This document shows positions 47,545 to 57,435 of a stretch of DNA of 64,000 bases, piece after piece. Origin of the DNA: an uncultured Gastranaerophilales bacterium (GTDB lineage Bacteria; Cyanobacteriota; Vampirovibrionia; Gastranaerophilales; Gastranaerophilaceae). The notes under the pieces were generated by a model, which was given only the letters and a program-made list of their open reading frames with translations, did not search any database and was not told the origin of the DNA. Both the position numbers and the translations under genes were made by a program. The first letter of the stretch is position 1. Every line of letters starts with the position of its first letter. The DNA lies in contig CAXHNV010000004.1 in assembly GCA_964017965.1 (NCBI GenBank), positions 119,771 to 183,770 on the forward strand, given 5' to 3'.

Positions 47545-48117
47545 CTACAAAACAAGTAACTTAAATTTTACAAACACAATCCCTATCAAAGCACTGACGA
47601 TAATATACCATATAACATCTTTTTTCTTCGTCAAACTAACCCCCAAAAGTCCTAAGAATAATGCAATTGAACTAATTTGATTAGGATTAGGAGTAAAAAG
47701 TGATTCTTTCATAAGGTTAATTGCAACAACACTCAAAAGTGCACAGCTTGTAGGTTTCAAAATATCCAACGCAGTCTTAACATAGAAATTATCCTTGAAC
47801 TTGCGCAATAGTTTAGAGATAAAAATCACAATAAACAAGGCGGGCAAAACTTCTGAAGCCGTTGCAAGAAAAGCCGTAAATATCCCGCCGACTTTTAATC
47901 CTGCATAAGTAGCAACATTTATCCCTACAGGTCCCGGTGTAATAGATGCAACCGCAACCATTTGAGTCAAATCCTGAGGCGAATACCAGTGATAACGCTG
48001 TGAAATATCCAACAAAAACGGTAATGTGGCATACCCGCCGCCAAACGAGAATATACCAATCTTTGCAAACTCTTTAAACAGGTGAAAATAAAGAACTAAT
48101 AAATTAGACATCTTCAC
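47545..48117 (-). CDS. Chromate transporter family protein (half-size, second of pair)
   Basis: FGGGYATLPFL and PGPVGINVATYAG segments typical of CHR family halves. Confidence 0.8.
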   Translation of the reverse strand: MKMSNLLVLYFHLFKEFAKIGIFSFGGGYATLPFLLDISQRYHWYSPQDLTQMVAVASITPGPVGINVATYAGLKVGGIFTAFLATASEVLPALFIVIFISKLLRKFKDNFYVKTALDILKPTSCALLSVVAINLMKESLFTPNPNQISSIALFLGLLGVSLTKKKDVIWYIIVSALIGIVFVKFKLLVL

Positions 48118-48664
48118 CCCGTTTCTTTGTTAAAACTTTATACAAAAGCCCTACAACAACAGTCGTAATAATGGTTAATGCAGGCGAAACCTTTCCAAAA
48201 AGCATTAAACACAGTGCAAAAAGAAACACCATATACGAAAACTTTGAGCACATTGCCTTTTCCCACATCTCACGAACAGACATTATAATTAGCACAATAA
48301 CAGCGACTTCAACTCCCCAAAGCAAACCTTGAACATAGCTGTTCGTAGTGAGCTTTGATAAAACAGAAGCAAGCGCAACTATCATCCAGAAAGCAGAAAA
48401 AACAAGCCCCACAATAGCCGTTAAAGCACCCCATTTGCCGCGTAGTTTATATCCGACAAAGATAGATGTATTGATAGCAATAATTCCCGGTAAAGATTGA
48501 CTAAGTGCGTAAAATTCTATAAGTTCATCCTCTGTTATCCAACCGCGTTTTTCAACAAGCTCAGACTGCATAACCGGAAGTATTACATAACCCCCGCCCA
48601 ATAAAATAAGTCCAATCTTTACACAGGCACAAAATAACTGCCACAAACTAATCTTCTTTTGCAT
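48104..48664 (-). CDS. Chromate transporter family protein (half-size, first of pair)
   Basis: LGGGYVILPVM and SLPGIIAINTSIFVGY. Overlaps its partner by 14 nt. Confidence 0.8.
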   Translation of the reverse strand: MQKKISLWQLFCACVKIGLILLGGGYVILPVMQSELVEKRGWITEDELIEFYALSQSLPGIIAINTSIFVGYKLRGKWGALTAIVGLVFSAFWMIVALASVLSKLTTNSYVQGLLWGVEVAVIVLIIMSVREMWEKAMCSKFSYMVFLFALCLMLFGKVSPALTIITTVVVGLLYKVLTKKRGEDV

Positions 48665-48697
48665 AACACAATTTAAACATAAACAAAATAAAACTTC

Positions 48698-48863
48698 ACA
48701 CAGGTGGATTTTGTTACCTGCTGATACTCGGCAGGTGGGTGAACGCCTTGATACATCCGTTTCCTGCTGGCAATTGTTTTAGCAATTGGCAGGTATACTT
48801 CAAATATCGCTGAGTCAATTCTCCCTTTTGTTAAAAATGTAGGAACAAAATTAACACCTGTAT
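48698..48863 (-). ncRNA. Structured 5' leader (candidate riboregulator) upstream of the chromate-transporter-family pair
   Basis: A 9-bp closing helix (AUACAGGUG / CACCUGUGU) encloses three hairpins, two of them with identical CCUGC/GCAGG stems. The 3' strand can alternatively pair with the neighbouring GCAGGU and is followed by a U-rich tract. Confidence 0.35.
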
Positions 48864-48907
48864 GAAGTAATAGTATTATTACATATTTTTTACGGGTTGG
48901 CAAGTAG

Positions 48908-49513
48908 TTAACTTGGGTTAAAATATTCGTCTTTTTCAAGGATATCCAACAACGGTCCTTTTTCACCGTAATCGTATCCGTAAGCTTCCGCTATCTTATC
49001 ATCAGTGACAAATTTGTAATCAAGATTAAACGATTTCGGCTCTACCGTAATACCCGATTCTTTTAACTTTTCTTCCGTAATAATATTCTTCTCAAAATCC
49101 ATAACATCAGAATAATTCAACCCCTCAAACGCACAAAACGGCATCTGCATCTTATCACTTTCGTTAAAATATATAAGCCCGAATGTTCTGCAAATTATCC
49201 CTCGATTGTTATAAACACAGCACGTATTATCAACTAAAAACGGACACTCATGCATAAAAGGTTCTTCTTTAGAAGCCTTCTTCTTCGCTATCAAGTCCTG
49301 TATGCGTTCAAGAATTATTTCTTTTAAATCGTCATTAAGGGTTCGAAACCCTTGTTTAAGATACTCAACTTCAAGCTGTGAAAACGGATAATTACCGTTC
49401 TGACAACACTTTGCACAGCCCATTTTACATTTGATATAAGGCGCCTGTTCCGTAAAATATCTGTTTAGTAACCCTTGAAAATAATCCAAAAACTTCAAAT
49501 AATTCTCAATCAT
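48908..49513 (-). CDS. YkgJ-family Cys-cluster protein (CxxCxxCC)
   Basis: CKMGCAKCCQNG near the N-terminus and additional Cys pairs later. Confidence 0.6.
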   Translation of the reverse strand: MIENYLKFLDYFQGLLNRYFTEQAPYIKCKMGCAKCCQNGNYPFSQLEVEYLKQGFRTLNDDLKEIILERIQDLIAKKKASKEEPFMHECPFLVDNTCCVYNNRGIICRTFGLIYFNESDKMQMPFCAFEGLNYSDVMDFEKNIITEEKLKESGITVEPKSFNLDYKFVTDDKIAEAYGYDYGEKGPLLDILEKDEYFNPS

Positions 49514-49519
49514 AAACCC

Positions 49520-49560
49520 TCTTTTATATATAAAAGAGGGTGACCGAAGGTCACCCTCTT
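49520..49560 (-). terminator. Rho-independent terminator after metK
   Basis: Minus strand AAGAGGGTGACC-TTC-GGTCACCCTCTT followed by TTATATATAAAAG. Confidence 0.8.
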
Positions 49561-49574
49561 AAGTTCAAACTAAA

Positions 49575-50843
49575 TTAGCAGCAAACTAATTCTTTAAGAT
49601 TTTTTTTTAATAACTCAGCCTTATCGGTTGCTTCCCAAGGAACAACAATATCAGTTCTTCCCATGTGACCGTAAGCAGCGAGTTTTTGATAGAACTTACC
49701 ACCGTTTTTAGCAGGTAAGTTTCTTAAATCAAACTGTCTGATAATAGCCATAGGGCTAAGTTCAAAGTTTGAAGTAACGATTTCGCTGATTTCATCATCA
49801 GAAATCTTACCTGTACCGAACGTATCAACAAATACAGAGATAGGCTCAGCAACACCGATAGCGTAAGCCAATTCTATTTCACATTTGTCCGCTAACCCTG
49901 CAGCAACAATGTTTTTCGCAACATATCTTGCAGCATAAGCAGCAGAACGGTCAACCTTCGTAGGATCCTTTCCGCTGAAAGCACCGCCGCCGTGTCTTGA
50001 ATAACCGCCATAAGTGTCAACAATAATCTTTCTGCCTGTTAAACCTGCATCACCCTGAGGTCCGCCAATAACGAATCTTCCTGAAGGGTTGATAAGGATT
50101 TTTGTTTCCATATCAGGTTTGATAGCTTCTGATTCAAACACATAATCGATTACAAGTTTTTTCAAATCATTCTTGATAATCTCCTGAACCTTAGAATTGT
50201 TAGTAATTCCGTTGATTTCAGGGTCGTGTTGAGTTGAAAGTAAAACCGTGTGAATTCTTGCAGGCATTCCGTCAATATATTCAACAGTAACCTGAGATTT
50301 GCCGTCAGGTCTAAGATAGTTTAACAAACCTTCTTTTCTAACCTGAGCAAGTCTATAAGAAAGCTTATGAGCTAAGCTGATAGGTAAAGGCATAAGTTCA
50401 GGTGTTTCGTTACAAGCGTAACCAAACATAATACCCTGGTCACCCGCACCTAATTCTTCTGTTTCCATAGCTGATGTGTCAGCGTTTTCAGAACGTGTTT
50501 CAAGCGCTTTGTTAACACCGCCTGCGATATCAGTAGATTGTTCATCAATACTTGTTAAAACAGCACAGGTATTAGCATCAAATCCACCGCTTGTTTCGCC
50601 TATATATCCAATATTTTCTACTGTATTTCTTACAACTTGAGGAATATCTACATAACAATCTGCAGATATTTCACCTGATACTAAGACCATGCCTGTTGTA
50701 ACCGTAGTTTCAGCAGCTACACGTGCTTGAGTATCCTTTGTTAAAAACTCATCCAAAATAGCATCAGATATCTGATCACATACTTTGTCAGGGTGTCCTT
50801 CGGTAACAGATTCCGAAGTAAACAAAAATTTTCTCGATTTCAT
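49575..50843 (-). CDS. metK: S-adenosylmethionine synthetase
   Basis: [40 protein letters not shown]. Confidence 0.97.
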   Translation of the reverse strand: MKSRKFLFTSESVTEGHPDKVCDQISDAILDEFLTKDTQARVAAETTVTTGMVLVSGEISADCYVDIPQVVRNTVENIGYIGETSGGFDANTCAVLTSIDEQSTDIAGGVNKALETRSENADTSAMETEELGAGDQGIMFGYACNETPELMPLPISLAHKLSYRLAQVRKEGLLNYLRPDGKSQVTVEYIDGMPARIHTVLLSTQHDPEINGITNNSKVQEIIKNDLKKLVIDYVFESEAIKPDMETKILINPSGRFVIGGPQGDAGLTGRKIIVDTYGGYSRHGGGAFSGKDPTKVDRSAAYAARYVAKNIVAAGLADKCEIELAYAIGVAEPISVFVDTFGTGKISDDEISEIVTSNFELSPMAIIRQFDLRNLPAKNGGKFYQKLAAYGHMGRTDIVVPWEATDKAELLKKNLKELVCC

Positions 50844-50898
50844 AACCTTCTCCTTAATTTATATTTTACCGGTAAGGTTTTTAATTCCGACCCGGTAC
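50844..50898 (-). promoter_or_regulatory. metK leader hairpin with loop complementary to the translation-initiation region
   Basis: RNA stem UACCGG/CCGGUA. The loop contains AACCUU, which is complementary to AAGGUU immediately 5' of the AUG and adjacent to the AAGGAG SD. Confidence 0.3.
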
Positions 50899-51060
50899 AT
50901 TTATATACAATATTAATATTGTATAACTAACACTTTCTAAATCAAATATTATTAAGCAAATTTATCATAAATTATTCACATAAGTTAACTTTCTTGATAA
51001 AATAACATGTTTTTATTATAATTTCTAATAATAGTTAACGTCTAAGGAGAGGAATTAAAA

Positions 51061-51660
51061 GTGGCTAATTTAAATGATGGTGTAGGTAAAAAAATAGTAG
51101 AAGCGTTGAAAAAACAATCAACAGGCGAAATTGAAGTTCCTGTTAGTCAACCTGTTCAAGAAGAATTCACTACAGGTTTAGGTATTGATATTTCAGCGTT
51201 AGACGATATACAACCCGTTGAAACTTCAACAGAAAGCAAACAAATACCTAACTTTGATGAGTTCTTTGCTGACGATGAACTTAGCAATATTTCTGAGCCG
51301 CAAACCTCTTTTGATGATTTTATGGTTCAACCTGAAAGAGTAGAAACTACAGGTGAAATGCCGGGTAATATTGTTATATTAAAGAAGCTTATCTCTCAGC
51401 TTCCTAACGGTGTTACACGCCACACTGGCGCTCAAATCATTAAACAAACTATGGAAGCATTAGGAATTTCTATGAAAAGCGTTCTTAATGAAGCTCAAGA
51501 AGTTCAAAACAACATCCAAACATCATCAAAAGAATGTCAGATGATGATTCAAGATTACAAAAGAAAAATTGTAGAACTTGAAAAACAGGTTCAAAACTAT
51601 CAAAAACAATACAATGCTCTTAATGACTTGATTAGTCTATTTATTCAGACAACAAAATAA
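51061..51660 (+). CDS. Hypothetical protein, acidic N-terminal half and coiled-coil C-terminus
   Basis: GTG start with AAGGAGAGG RBS. No family recognised. Confidence 0.4.
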   Translation: MANLNDGVGKKIVEALKKQSTGEIEVPVSQPVQEEFTTGLGIDISALDDIQPVETSTESKQIPNFDEFFADDELSNISEPQTSFDDFMVQPERVETTGEMPGNIVILKKLISQLPNGVTRHTGAQIIKQTMEALGISMKSVLNEAQEVQNNIQTSSKECQMMIQDYKRKIVELEKQVQNYQKQYNALNDLISLFIQTTK

Positions 51661-51683
51661 TTTTTAAATAAGGAGTATAAATT

Positions 51684-52481
51684 ATGAAAAAACTTTTAGC
51701 ATCATTAGTTTGTGTATTTGCTATTGCTTTACAATCTTTTGCTGCAACATGGGTAGCAGCTGACAGAGTAGCTCCAATCGGTGCAAATTTACTTACTAAA
51801 AACGGTATCACAGCAAAAATCACTTTCAAAGTTGTTAACGCAGAAGCTGATAACTCAGCAGTAGGAACAACAAAAGTTGTTCAAATCAGTTCTACTGATT
51901 TATCATTTGCAGGTAACGACAACGAAGTAGCTGCAGTTATTGCTAATGAATTAGGACATATTATCTGTAACCACACTGATAAAGCAAAAGTAAGAGGCAT
52001 GGCACTTAGTAAACTCGGTGTTGATACAACTTCAACAGTTGCATCATTAGCTTCTTCTCAACTTTCAGCTAAAGAAGAAACCGAAGCTGACCTTGTTGGT
52101 ATAGACTTGATGATTAACGCAGGTTACAACCCGCTGGCTATGGTTGTTCTTATTACAAAATATCCGGGTTCTACAATGGATGCACTTAGAGGTCGTCCTT
52201 GTAACGCTGATAGAGCAATGGAAGCTTTCAACTATTTGACTTTCAGCTACCCTGCAAAAGTTAAAGCAGGTTACGCTTGTAACGAATACAGAAACTTCCT
52301 GACTTATGCAGACCCTATCGTTAAAGCAAGAAATGCTAACGCAAAAGAATTAGCAAAATTCAAACAAGAACAAGCTAAAAACTTGCAAACAAGAAGAGCA
52401 AACCTTGCTAAATATAAGGTTTCAGGCGGTTTAAATTCTTGGGGCGTACTTTACGACTCATTAACAAATGACAAAAAATAG
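51684..52481 (+). CDS. Secreted M48-like protein with altered zinc motif (NELGH)
   Basis: Signal peptide. ANELGHIICNH sits where M48 has HExxH. The downstream EETEADLVGIDLMINAGYNP matches the M48 third-ligand region. Confidence 0.5.
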   Translation: MKKLLASLVCVFAIALQSFAATWVAADRVAPIGANLLTKNGITAKITFKVVNAEADNSAVGTTKVVQISSTDLSFAGNDNEVAAVIANELGHIICNHTDKAKVRGMALSKLGVDTTSTVASLASSQLSAKEETEADLVGIDLMINAGYNPLAMVVLITKYPGSTMDALRGRPCNADRAMEAFNYLTFSYPAKVKAGYACNEYRNFLTYADPIVKARNANAKELAKFKQEQAKNLQTRRANLAKYKVSGGLNSWGVLYDSLTNDKK

Positions 52482-53289
52482 TATGCAAAGAGAATTTCAA
52501 CTATACATTGTCCCAACACCAATAGGGAATATTTCAGATATAACACTTCGTGCAATAGAAGTGCTTAAATCAGTAGATATCATAGCATGTGAAAATTCAA
52601 GAGTTACTCAAAAACTCTTGAATCACTATGATATTAAAACGAAACTCGTTTCTTATCATAAATACAACGAGAAGAGCCGCATTGAAGAAATGCTGAAATA
52701 TATAGATGAAGGTAAAACAATAGCCCTCGTATCAGATGCCGGAACCCCGATGATTTGTGACCCTGGTAACGTCTTAATAACAGAGCTTCGCAAAAGAAAT
52801 ATTGAAATAACATCTTTAGCTGGTGCGTGTGCCGTATCTACATTCTTATCTCAAGTCCCGAGAGAAACAGAAGAATACACATTTGTAGGATTCTTCCCAA
52901 AAACAACACAAGCTGCAAAAGATTTACTGTTAAACTACACCAACAATAATATGGTATTCTACGATTCACCTAACAGAATTATTGACACCTTAAAATTAAT
53001 TAAAGAATTCCGGGGAGAAGCTAGAATCGCACTCGGACGGGAGCTTACAAAACTATTCGAGGAAATTGTTATCGATAACGTATCTAACGTCATTGAACAT
53101 TTTTCAGAAGGTATAAAAGGCGAAATTGTTTGTATGGTTTATGCTGATGAAAACCCTCAAACAACAGATATAACAACTAAAATTAACCAACTGAAAGACA
53201 AAGGATTCAAGTCAAAAGAGATTGCAACAATTCTTTCAACACTTTATAACCTTAACAAAAACGATATCTATAAAATGACAATGAACTAA
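52468..53289 (+). CDS. rsmI: 16S rRNA (cytidine1402-2'-O)-methyltransferase
   Basis: LYIVPTPIGNISDITLRAIEVLKSVDIIACE and SDAGTPMICDPG, the tetrapyrrole-methylase fold. Confidence 0.9.
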   Translation: MTKNSMQREFQLYIVPTPIGNISDITLRAIEVLKSVDIIACENSRVTQKLLNHYDIKTKLVSYHKYNEKSRIEEMLKYIDEGKTIALVSDAGTPMICDPGNVLITELRKRNIEITSLAGACAVSTFLSQVPRETEEYTFVGFFPKTTQAAKDLLLNYTNNNMVFYDSPNRIIDTLKLIKEFRGEARIALGRELTKLFEEIVIDNVSNVIEHFSEGIKGEIVCMVYADENPQTTDITTKINQLKDKGFKSKEIATILSTLYNLNKNDIYKMTMN

Positions 53290-53336
53290 TACCCAATCGG
53301 GCATGTTTGTTATACAATAGTCTTGAGGAGATTATT

Positions 53337-54404
53337 ATGACTAATGTAAATAACGAAGAAAAAGTAATCGGTATCCCTAGAGGTATGTCATACTTTGAAC
53401 ATTATCCTTTCTGGTACGGATTCTTTAACAGTTTAGGGATAAAAGTAGTACTTTCAGGTAGAACTACAAAACAAACCGTTTCTAAAGGCGCAGCTCTAGT
53501 AGTAACAGAAACTTGCCTCCCTATCAAAATTTACGTTGGTCACGTTGTTGAATTGTTAGAAAAAGGGGTTAAACGAATTCTCGTCCCTTCTATCCAATCA
53601 ATCGCTCCTAAAATTTATAACTGCTCTAAAATCAGAGGACTTCCTGATTTAATCAGAAATGTTATCAAAGAAGATTTTGAACTAATAGAACCAACAATCG
53701 ATAAATCAGCAAAAAATCAAGGGTTCTATCAGTTCCTAAGAGAAAGCGTTGAATGTTTTGGAATAACCGACTTTGATACGATAAGAAACGCTTCAAAAGA
53801 AGGCTGGAAACTTTTCAACAACTTCAACACAATGATGCGTAACGGTATCCCATACAAAACCGCATTATCTAACGCTCTAAACGGTAAAATTGTTCTTGGC
53901 AGCGCATCAGAAAAGGATTATCCAATCTCAGTAGCACTCGTTGCTCACGGATACGATGTACTAGACGATCAAGCTTCTATGAAAATCTTTGATAAGCTCG
54001 ATAAGATGAAAGTTAAGGTTTATTCATCATACCAGCTAACAGATGAGCAAAAAATAGAAGGGTTAAACACACTTGAACAACGTATGTACTGGGCAAACGA
54101 ACTTGATATGACAGGAACAGCCGGTCATTATCTTAAAGACAACAATATCGACGGGCTTGTAACAGTAAACTCATTCGGCTGCGGACCTGATTCACTTATG
54201 ATTGAAAAGATTGTCAGAAAAGCAAAAGATTTTTCAAAACCAATCCTTACACTTACAATCGATGAGCACACCGGTGAAGCCGGGTTCATTACAAGACTTG
54301 AAGCGTTTGTTGATATGCTTTATCGTAAAAAACGTTCCACTGTACAAAAATCAGAAGAAGACTTCACACCGAATACAAACATCTGCGAAAATATTTATTC
54401 ATAA
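53337..54404 (+). CDS. Acyl-CoA dehydratase activase-related protein (DUF2229-like)
   Basis: IGIPRGMSYFEHYPFWYGFFNSLG and SFGCGPDS segments. The ATG at 53337 has a GAGGAG RBS and is preferred over the TTG at 53307. Confidence 0.55.
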   Translation: MTNVNNEEKVIGIPRGMSYFEHYPFWYGFFNSLGIKVVLSGRTTKQTVSKGAALVVTETCLPIKIYVGHVVELLEKGVKRILVPSIQSIAPKIYNCSKIRGLPDLIRNVIKEDFELIEPTIDKSAKNQGFYQFLRESVECFGITDFDTIRNASKEGWKLFNNFNTMMRNGIPYKTALSNALNGKIVLGSASEKDYPISVALVAHGYDVLDDQASMKIFDKLDKMKVKVYSSYQLTDEQKIEGLNTLEQRMYWANELDMTGTAGHYLKDNNIDGLVTVNSFGCGPDSLMIEKIVRKAKDFSKPILTLTIDEHTGEAGFITRLEAFVDMLYRKKRSTVQKSEEDFTPNTNICENIYS

Positions 54405-54416
54405 TAAATAAAAAAA

Positions 54417-54445
54417 TTAGGGCGGTGCTAAGCAACCCGCCCTAA
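54417..54445. terminator. Bidirectional terminator hairpin
   Basis: TTAGGGCGG-N11-CCGCCCTAA between convergent genes. Confidence 0.8.
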
Positions 54446-54458
54446 TTAGTATAAATAC

Positions 54459-54908
54459 TTATTTCAATGCAACAGTGATATCTGCTTCAATAGCAACTTT
54501 ACCGTTAACAGTACCTACACCGTGACATTTGCAGATAGGACCTTTTACCTTAGTTAATTCTACAGTCATCTCTAACTTGTCACCAGGTCTAACAATACTT
54601 TTCCATCTAACATTATCAGCTCCGGCATACAATGTTAATTTGCCTTGATATTCAGGCATACACATTAAAATAGGTGCTGAACATTGTGCCAATGCTTCTA
54701 ATTGCAATACACCCGGCATTACAGGGTTGCCAGGGAAGTGACCTTGGAAGAATCCTTCGTTCATAGTCAAGTTCTTGTAACCTTTTGAATATTTACCAGG
54801 CACACATTCTGTAATCGCATCAACCAATAAGAATGGATATCTGTGAGGAATCATTTCCATGATTTCCATAACATTCAAGCTTATTGTTTCTTCTTTAACT
54901 TCTGTCAT
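54459..54908 (-). CDS. fabZ: 3-hydroxyacyl-ACP dehydratase
   Basis: LPHRYPFLLVD and GHFPGNPVMPGVLQLEA. Confidence 0.95.
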   Translation of the reverse strand: MTEVKEETISLNVMEIMEMIPHRYPFLLVDAITECVPGKYSKGYKNLTMNEGFFQGHFPGNPVMPGVLQLEALAQCSAPILMCMPEYQGKLTLYAGADNVRWKSIVRPGDKLEMTVELTKVKGPICKCHGVGTVNGKVAIEADITVALK

Positions 54909-54918
54909 TTCTTACTCC

Positions 54919-55764
54919 TTATTTTAGTTTTACTAATTTATCTTTTAATACTTTTGCCACCTTAATATGAACAGCGTGTCCTGCTTCTTTTATCAAAATA
55001 TGACATTTCATATCCAAAGGTGAAACTCCTGTTTGATACAAATCTCCAAACATATCCAAAATCTTATGTTTTATTGGTTCTTTCTCTGAGCGCAACTCTG
55101 TAGTATACCCCTCATCAGTTAAGCCCACCGTATTATCAATCGTAACACCTTGAGCAAACCCCAGCATCTGAAACTTTTTCAAGTCCTTATAGAACCCGAA
55201 AGTTCTCGCCTCAATAATTTCTTCAATATTCTTAGGATTATAAGAAACCCATTGATGTCTTAAATCATCATGCTCATAATTCACTGAATAAGTGATATTA
55301 AGCTCGTCATCAGGCAATATAACCATACTGGTCTTACCGTTCAAATAATAAACCGGTTCACTCACAGTATAAAACTCACGTTTTTTAGGTCTGTCTACAA
55401 TCCCCGCTTCATTAAAGAGCCTTACCCATTCTTTAGAGCTTCCGTCAAATACAGGAAACTCCTCTTCCGAAAGATAAACGTCAATCGAATCAATCCCCAT
55501 AATAGCGCAAGCAGCCATAAAATGTTCACACAAACCCGCTTTGTATCTATAACCGCCCAAAAGAGTACGACAATCCTTGCTGCCCAATGTAACACAATGG
55601 TCTGTAGAAATCACATTGTCTGTATTAGCTTCAAAACTCTTCTCTTCTTGTTTAACAAACAGCCTGATAACACCCTTGTCAGAAGGTTTAATAACAACCT
55701 TACAATCAAAGTTCTTCATTAAAGTATTGCCGTTTGCTTGTATCTCTTTTGAAATAGTTGTCAT
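54919..55764 (-). CDS. lpxC: UDP-3-O-acyl-N-acetylglucosamine deacetylase
   Basis: CEHFMAA, HKILDMFGDL and AGHAVH segments. Confidence 0.9.
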   Translation of the reverse strand: MTTISKEIQANGNTLMKNFDCKVVIKPSDKGVIRLFVKQEEKSFEANTDNVISTDHCVTLGSKDCRTLLGGYRYKAGLCEHFMAACAIMGIDSIDVYLSEEEFPVFDGSSKEWVRLFNEAGIVDRPKKREFYTVSEPVYYLNGKTSMVILPDDELNITYSVNYEHDDLRHQWVSYNPKNIEEIIEARTFGFYKDLKKFQMLGFAQGVTIDNTVGLTDEGYTTELRSEKEPIKHKILDMFGDLYQTGVSPLDMKCHILIKEAGHAVHIKVAKVLKDKLVKLK

Positions 55765-55767
55765 ATA

Positions 55768-56865
55768 TTATTCTTCCGATTGTGCATTTTCAAAAGAAGT
55801 TAAAAGCGGTTCATATTTTTTGAACTTCTTAATCAATTCGCCAGCATCTTTCATAATCTTCAACTGCTTAATGAATTCTTTTCTAGGAACAGCAGGAGCA
55901 CCTACAACGATAGATTTTGCAGGGAAGCTCTTAGTAACGCCCGCCTTAGCAGCAACGATAGAGTCATCACCAATCTTGATGTGGTCAGCAAGACCGGCTT
56001 GACCTGCAAGAACAACTCTGTCACCAATAACACAGCTGCCTGCAATACCAACTTGTGATACTATCATACAACCTGAACCAACTCTACAGTTGTGACCTAT
56101 CATAACAAGGTCATCAATCTTTGTGTTATCTCCGATAACGGTATTTTCAATAGTTCCTCTGTCAATCGCTGTATTGGCACCGATTTCTACATTGTTACCG
56201 ATAACAACTGAACCGATAGAGTTAATCTTGAAGATAACGTGTTCAGCAGCTGTAGTATCTTGAATCTTACCGTCTTTTCTTGCTTGTTCAATATTGTTAG
56301 GGTTTTCTGTAACGAAGCTGAAACCGTCAGCACCGAGTGAAACACCGTGATGAAGAATAACTTTATTACCAACCTTAACTCTGTCACCAATATTAACGCC
56401 TGCGTGGAAGAAACAACCTTCTCCGATTATAACGTTATTACCGATATATGAGTTAGCCAAAATAGTTGTATTATCACCGATTTGAGCGCCTTTAGCAACT
56501 ACAACATTCGGACCTAATGAAACGTTTTTACCTAAGTTTGCTTCAGGGTGAACAACCGCTGTAGGATGAACTCCCTCATTTGTTTCAGGTGCTTCATAGA
56601 ACATTGTTATCAATTTCATCATTGCTAATCTGGGTCTTTCAACCTCGATTGTTGTAAAACCGTCAATATTTACGCCAAAAGGAACCAAAGCAGCTTTTGC
56701 TTTTGTTTTTGAAAGGTTTTCAATTTCTTCTTCTCCTAATGCTAACGCTAAAGTATTTTCATCTGCCAACATTGGAGGTGCGATATTTGTAATTGCTACA
56801 TCAGCATTCTTTGTTAACATTCCACCTGTAACTTTTGCAAGTTCTTCTAAAGTAAAAGATTTCAT
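55768..56865 (-). CDS. lpxD: UDP-3-O-acylglucosamine N-acyltransferase
   Basis: N-terminal LpxD domain followed by a long run of hexapeptide repeats. Confidence 0.9.
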   Translation of the reverse strand: MKSFTLEELAKVTGGMLTKNADVAITNIAPPMLADENTLALALGEEEIENLSKTKAKAALVPFGVNIDGFTTIEVERPRLAMMKLITMFYEAPETNEGVHPTAVVHPEANLGKNVSLGPNVVVAKGAQIGDNTTILANSYIGNNVIIGEGCFFHAGVNIGDRVKVGNKVILHHGVSLGADGFSFVTENPNNIEQARKDGKIQDTTAAEHVIFKINSIGSVVIGNNVEIGANTAIDRGTIENTVIGDNTKIDDLVMIGHNCRVGSGCMIVSQVGIAGSCVIGDRVVLAGQAGLADHIKIGDDSIVAAKAGVTKSFPAKSIVVGAPAVPRKEFIKQLKIMKDAGELIKKFKKYEPLLTSFENAQSEE

Positions 56866-56868
56866 TTT

Positions 56869-57342
56869 CTACTCCTTATTATTTATCTTTTCAATTATAT
56901 TTGTTGTAGATTTTCCCTGTACAAACTCGATAAATTCAACTCTTGTACCGTTCTTAATCATAATATCTCTTTCAGGGAGTGTCTCCATTGTGTAATCAGC
57001 ACCTTTTGTATAAACGTCAGGTTTGATTTCATCCAACAATAGAGCAGGACTGTCTTCGTCAAACATAACAACAAAATCCACACAGCTCAATGCTGTCAAA
57101 ATATACGCTCTGTCGTTTTCGTTGTTAATCGGACGAGAATCACCTTTAATACTTTTAACAGACTTATCAGAGTTCAATAAAACAATAGAATAATCGGCAA
57201 ACGACTTTGTTTTTTGCAAATACTTCACATGACCGACGTGCAAAATATCAAAACAACCGTTTGTAGCAACAACAGTTTTACCTGCATCGTGCAAGTTTTT
57301 GATAAATTCTGAAATATTTTTTCTTCCTAAAAGCTGTCCCAT
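56869..57342 (-). CDS. Cytidylyltransferase-fold protein, RfaE domain II-like (heptose 1-phosphate adenylyltransferase)
   Basis: NGCFDILHVGHVKYL nucleotidyltransferase motif. The start at 57342 (MGQLLG) is more likely than 57378. Confidence 0.7.
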   Translation of the reverse strand: MGQLLGRKNISEFIKNLHDAGKTVVATNGCFDILHVGHVKYLQKTKSFADYSIVLLNSDKSVKSIKGDSRPINNENDRAYILTALSCVDFVVMFDEDSPALLLDEIKPDVYTKGADYTMETLPERDIMIKNGTRVEFIEFVQGKSTTNIIEKINNKE

Positions 57343-57435
57343 ACTAACTCCTGCTCTAATTATACCAAAAAAGAACATAGTTTCTGCGCAAAAGTATACA
57401 AATATTAAGCTAATTTTACATAAAAAGCATGGCTT

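Noticed and set aside
48673-48966. 97-aa minus-strand ORF in the gap upstream of the chromate-transporter-family genes
   Set aside because: It overlaps the 3' end of the YkgJ-like gene, has no RBS and odd composition, and coincides with a stretch that folds into multiple stable hairpins. I interpret it as a structured leader rather than a gene.
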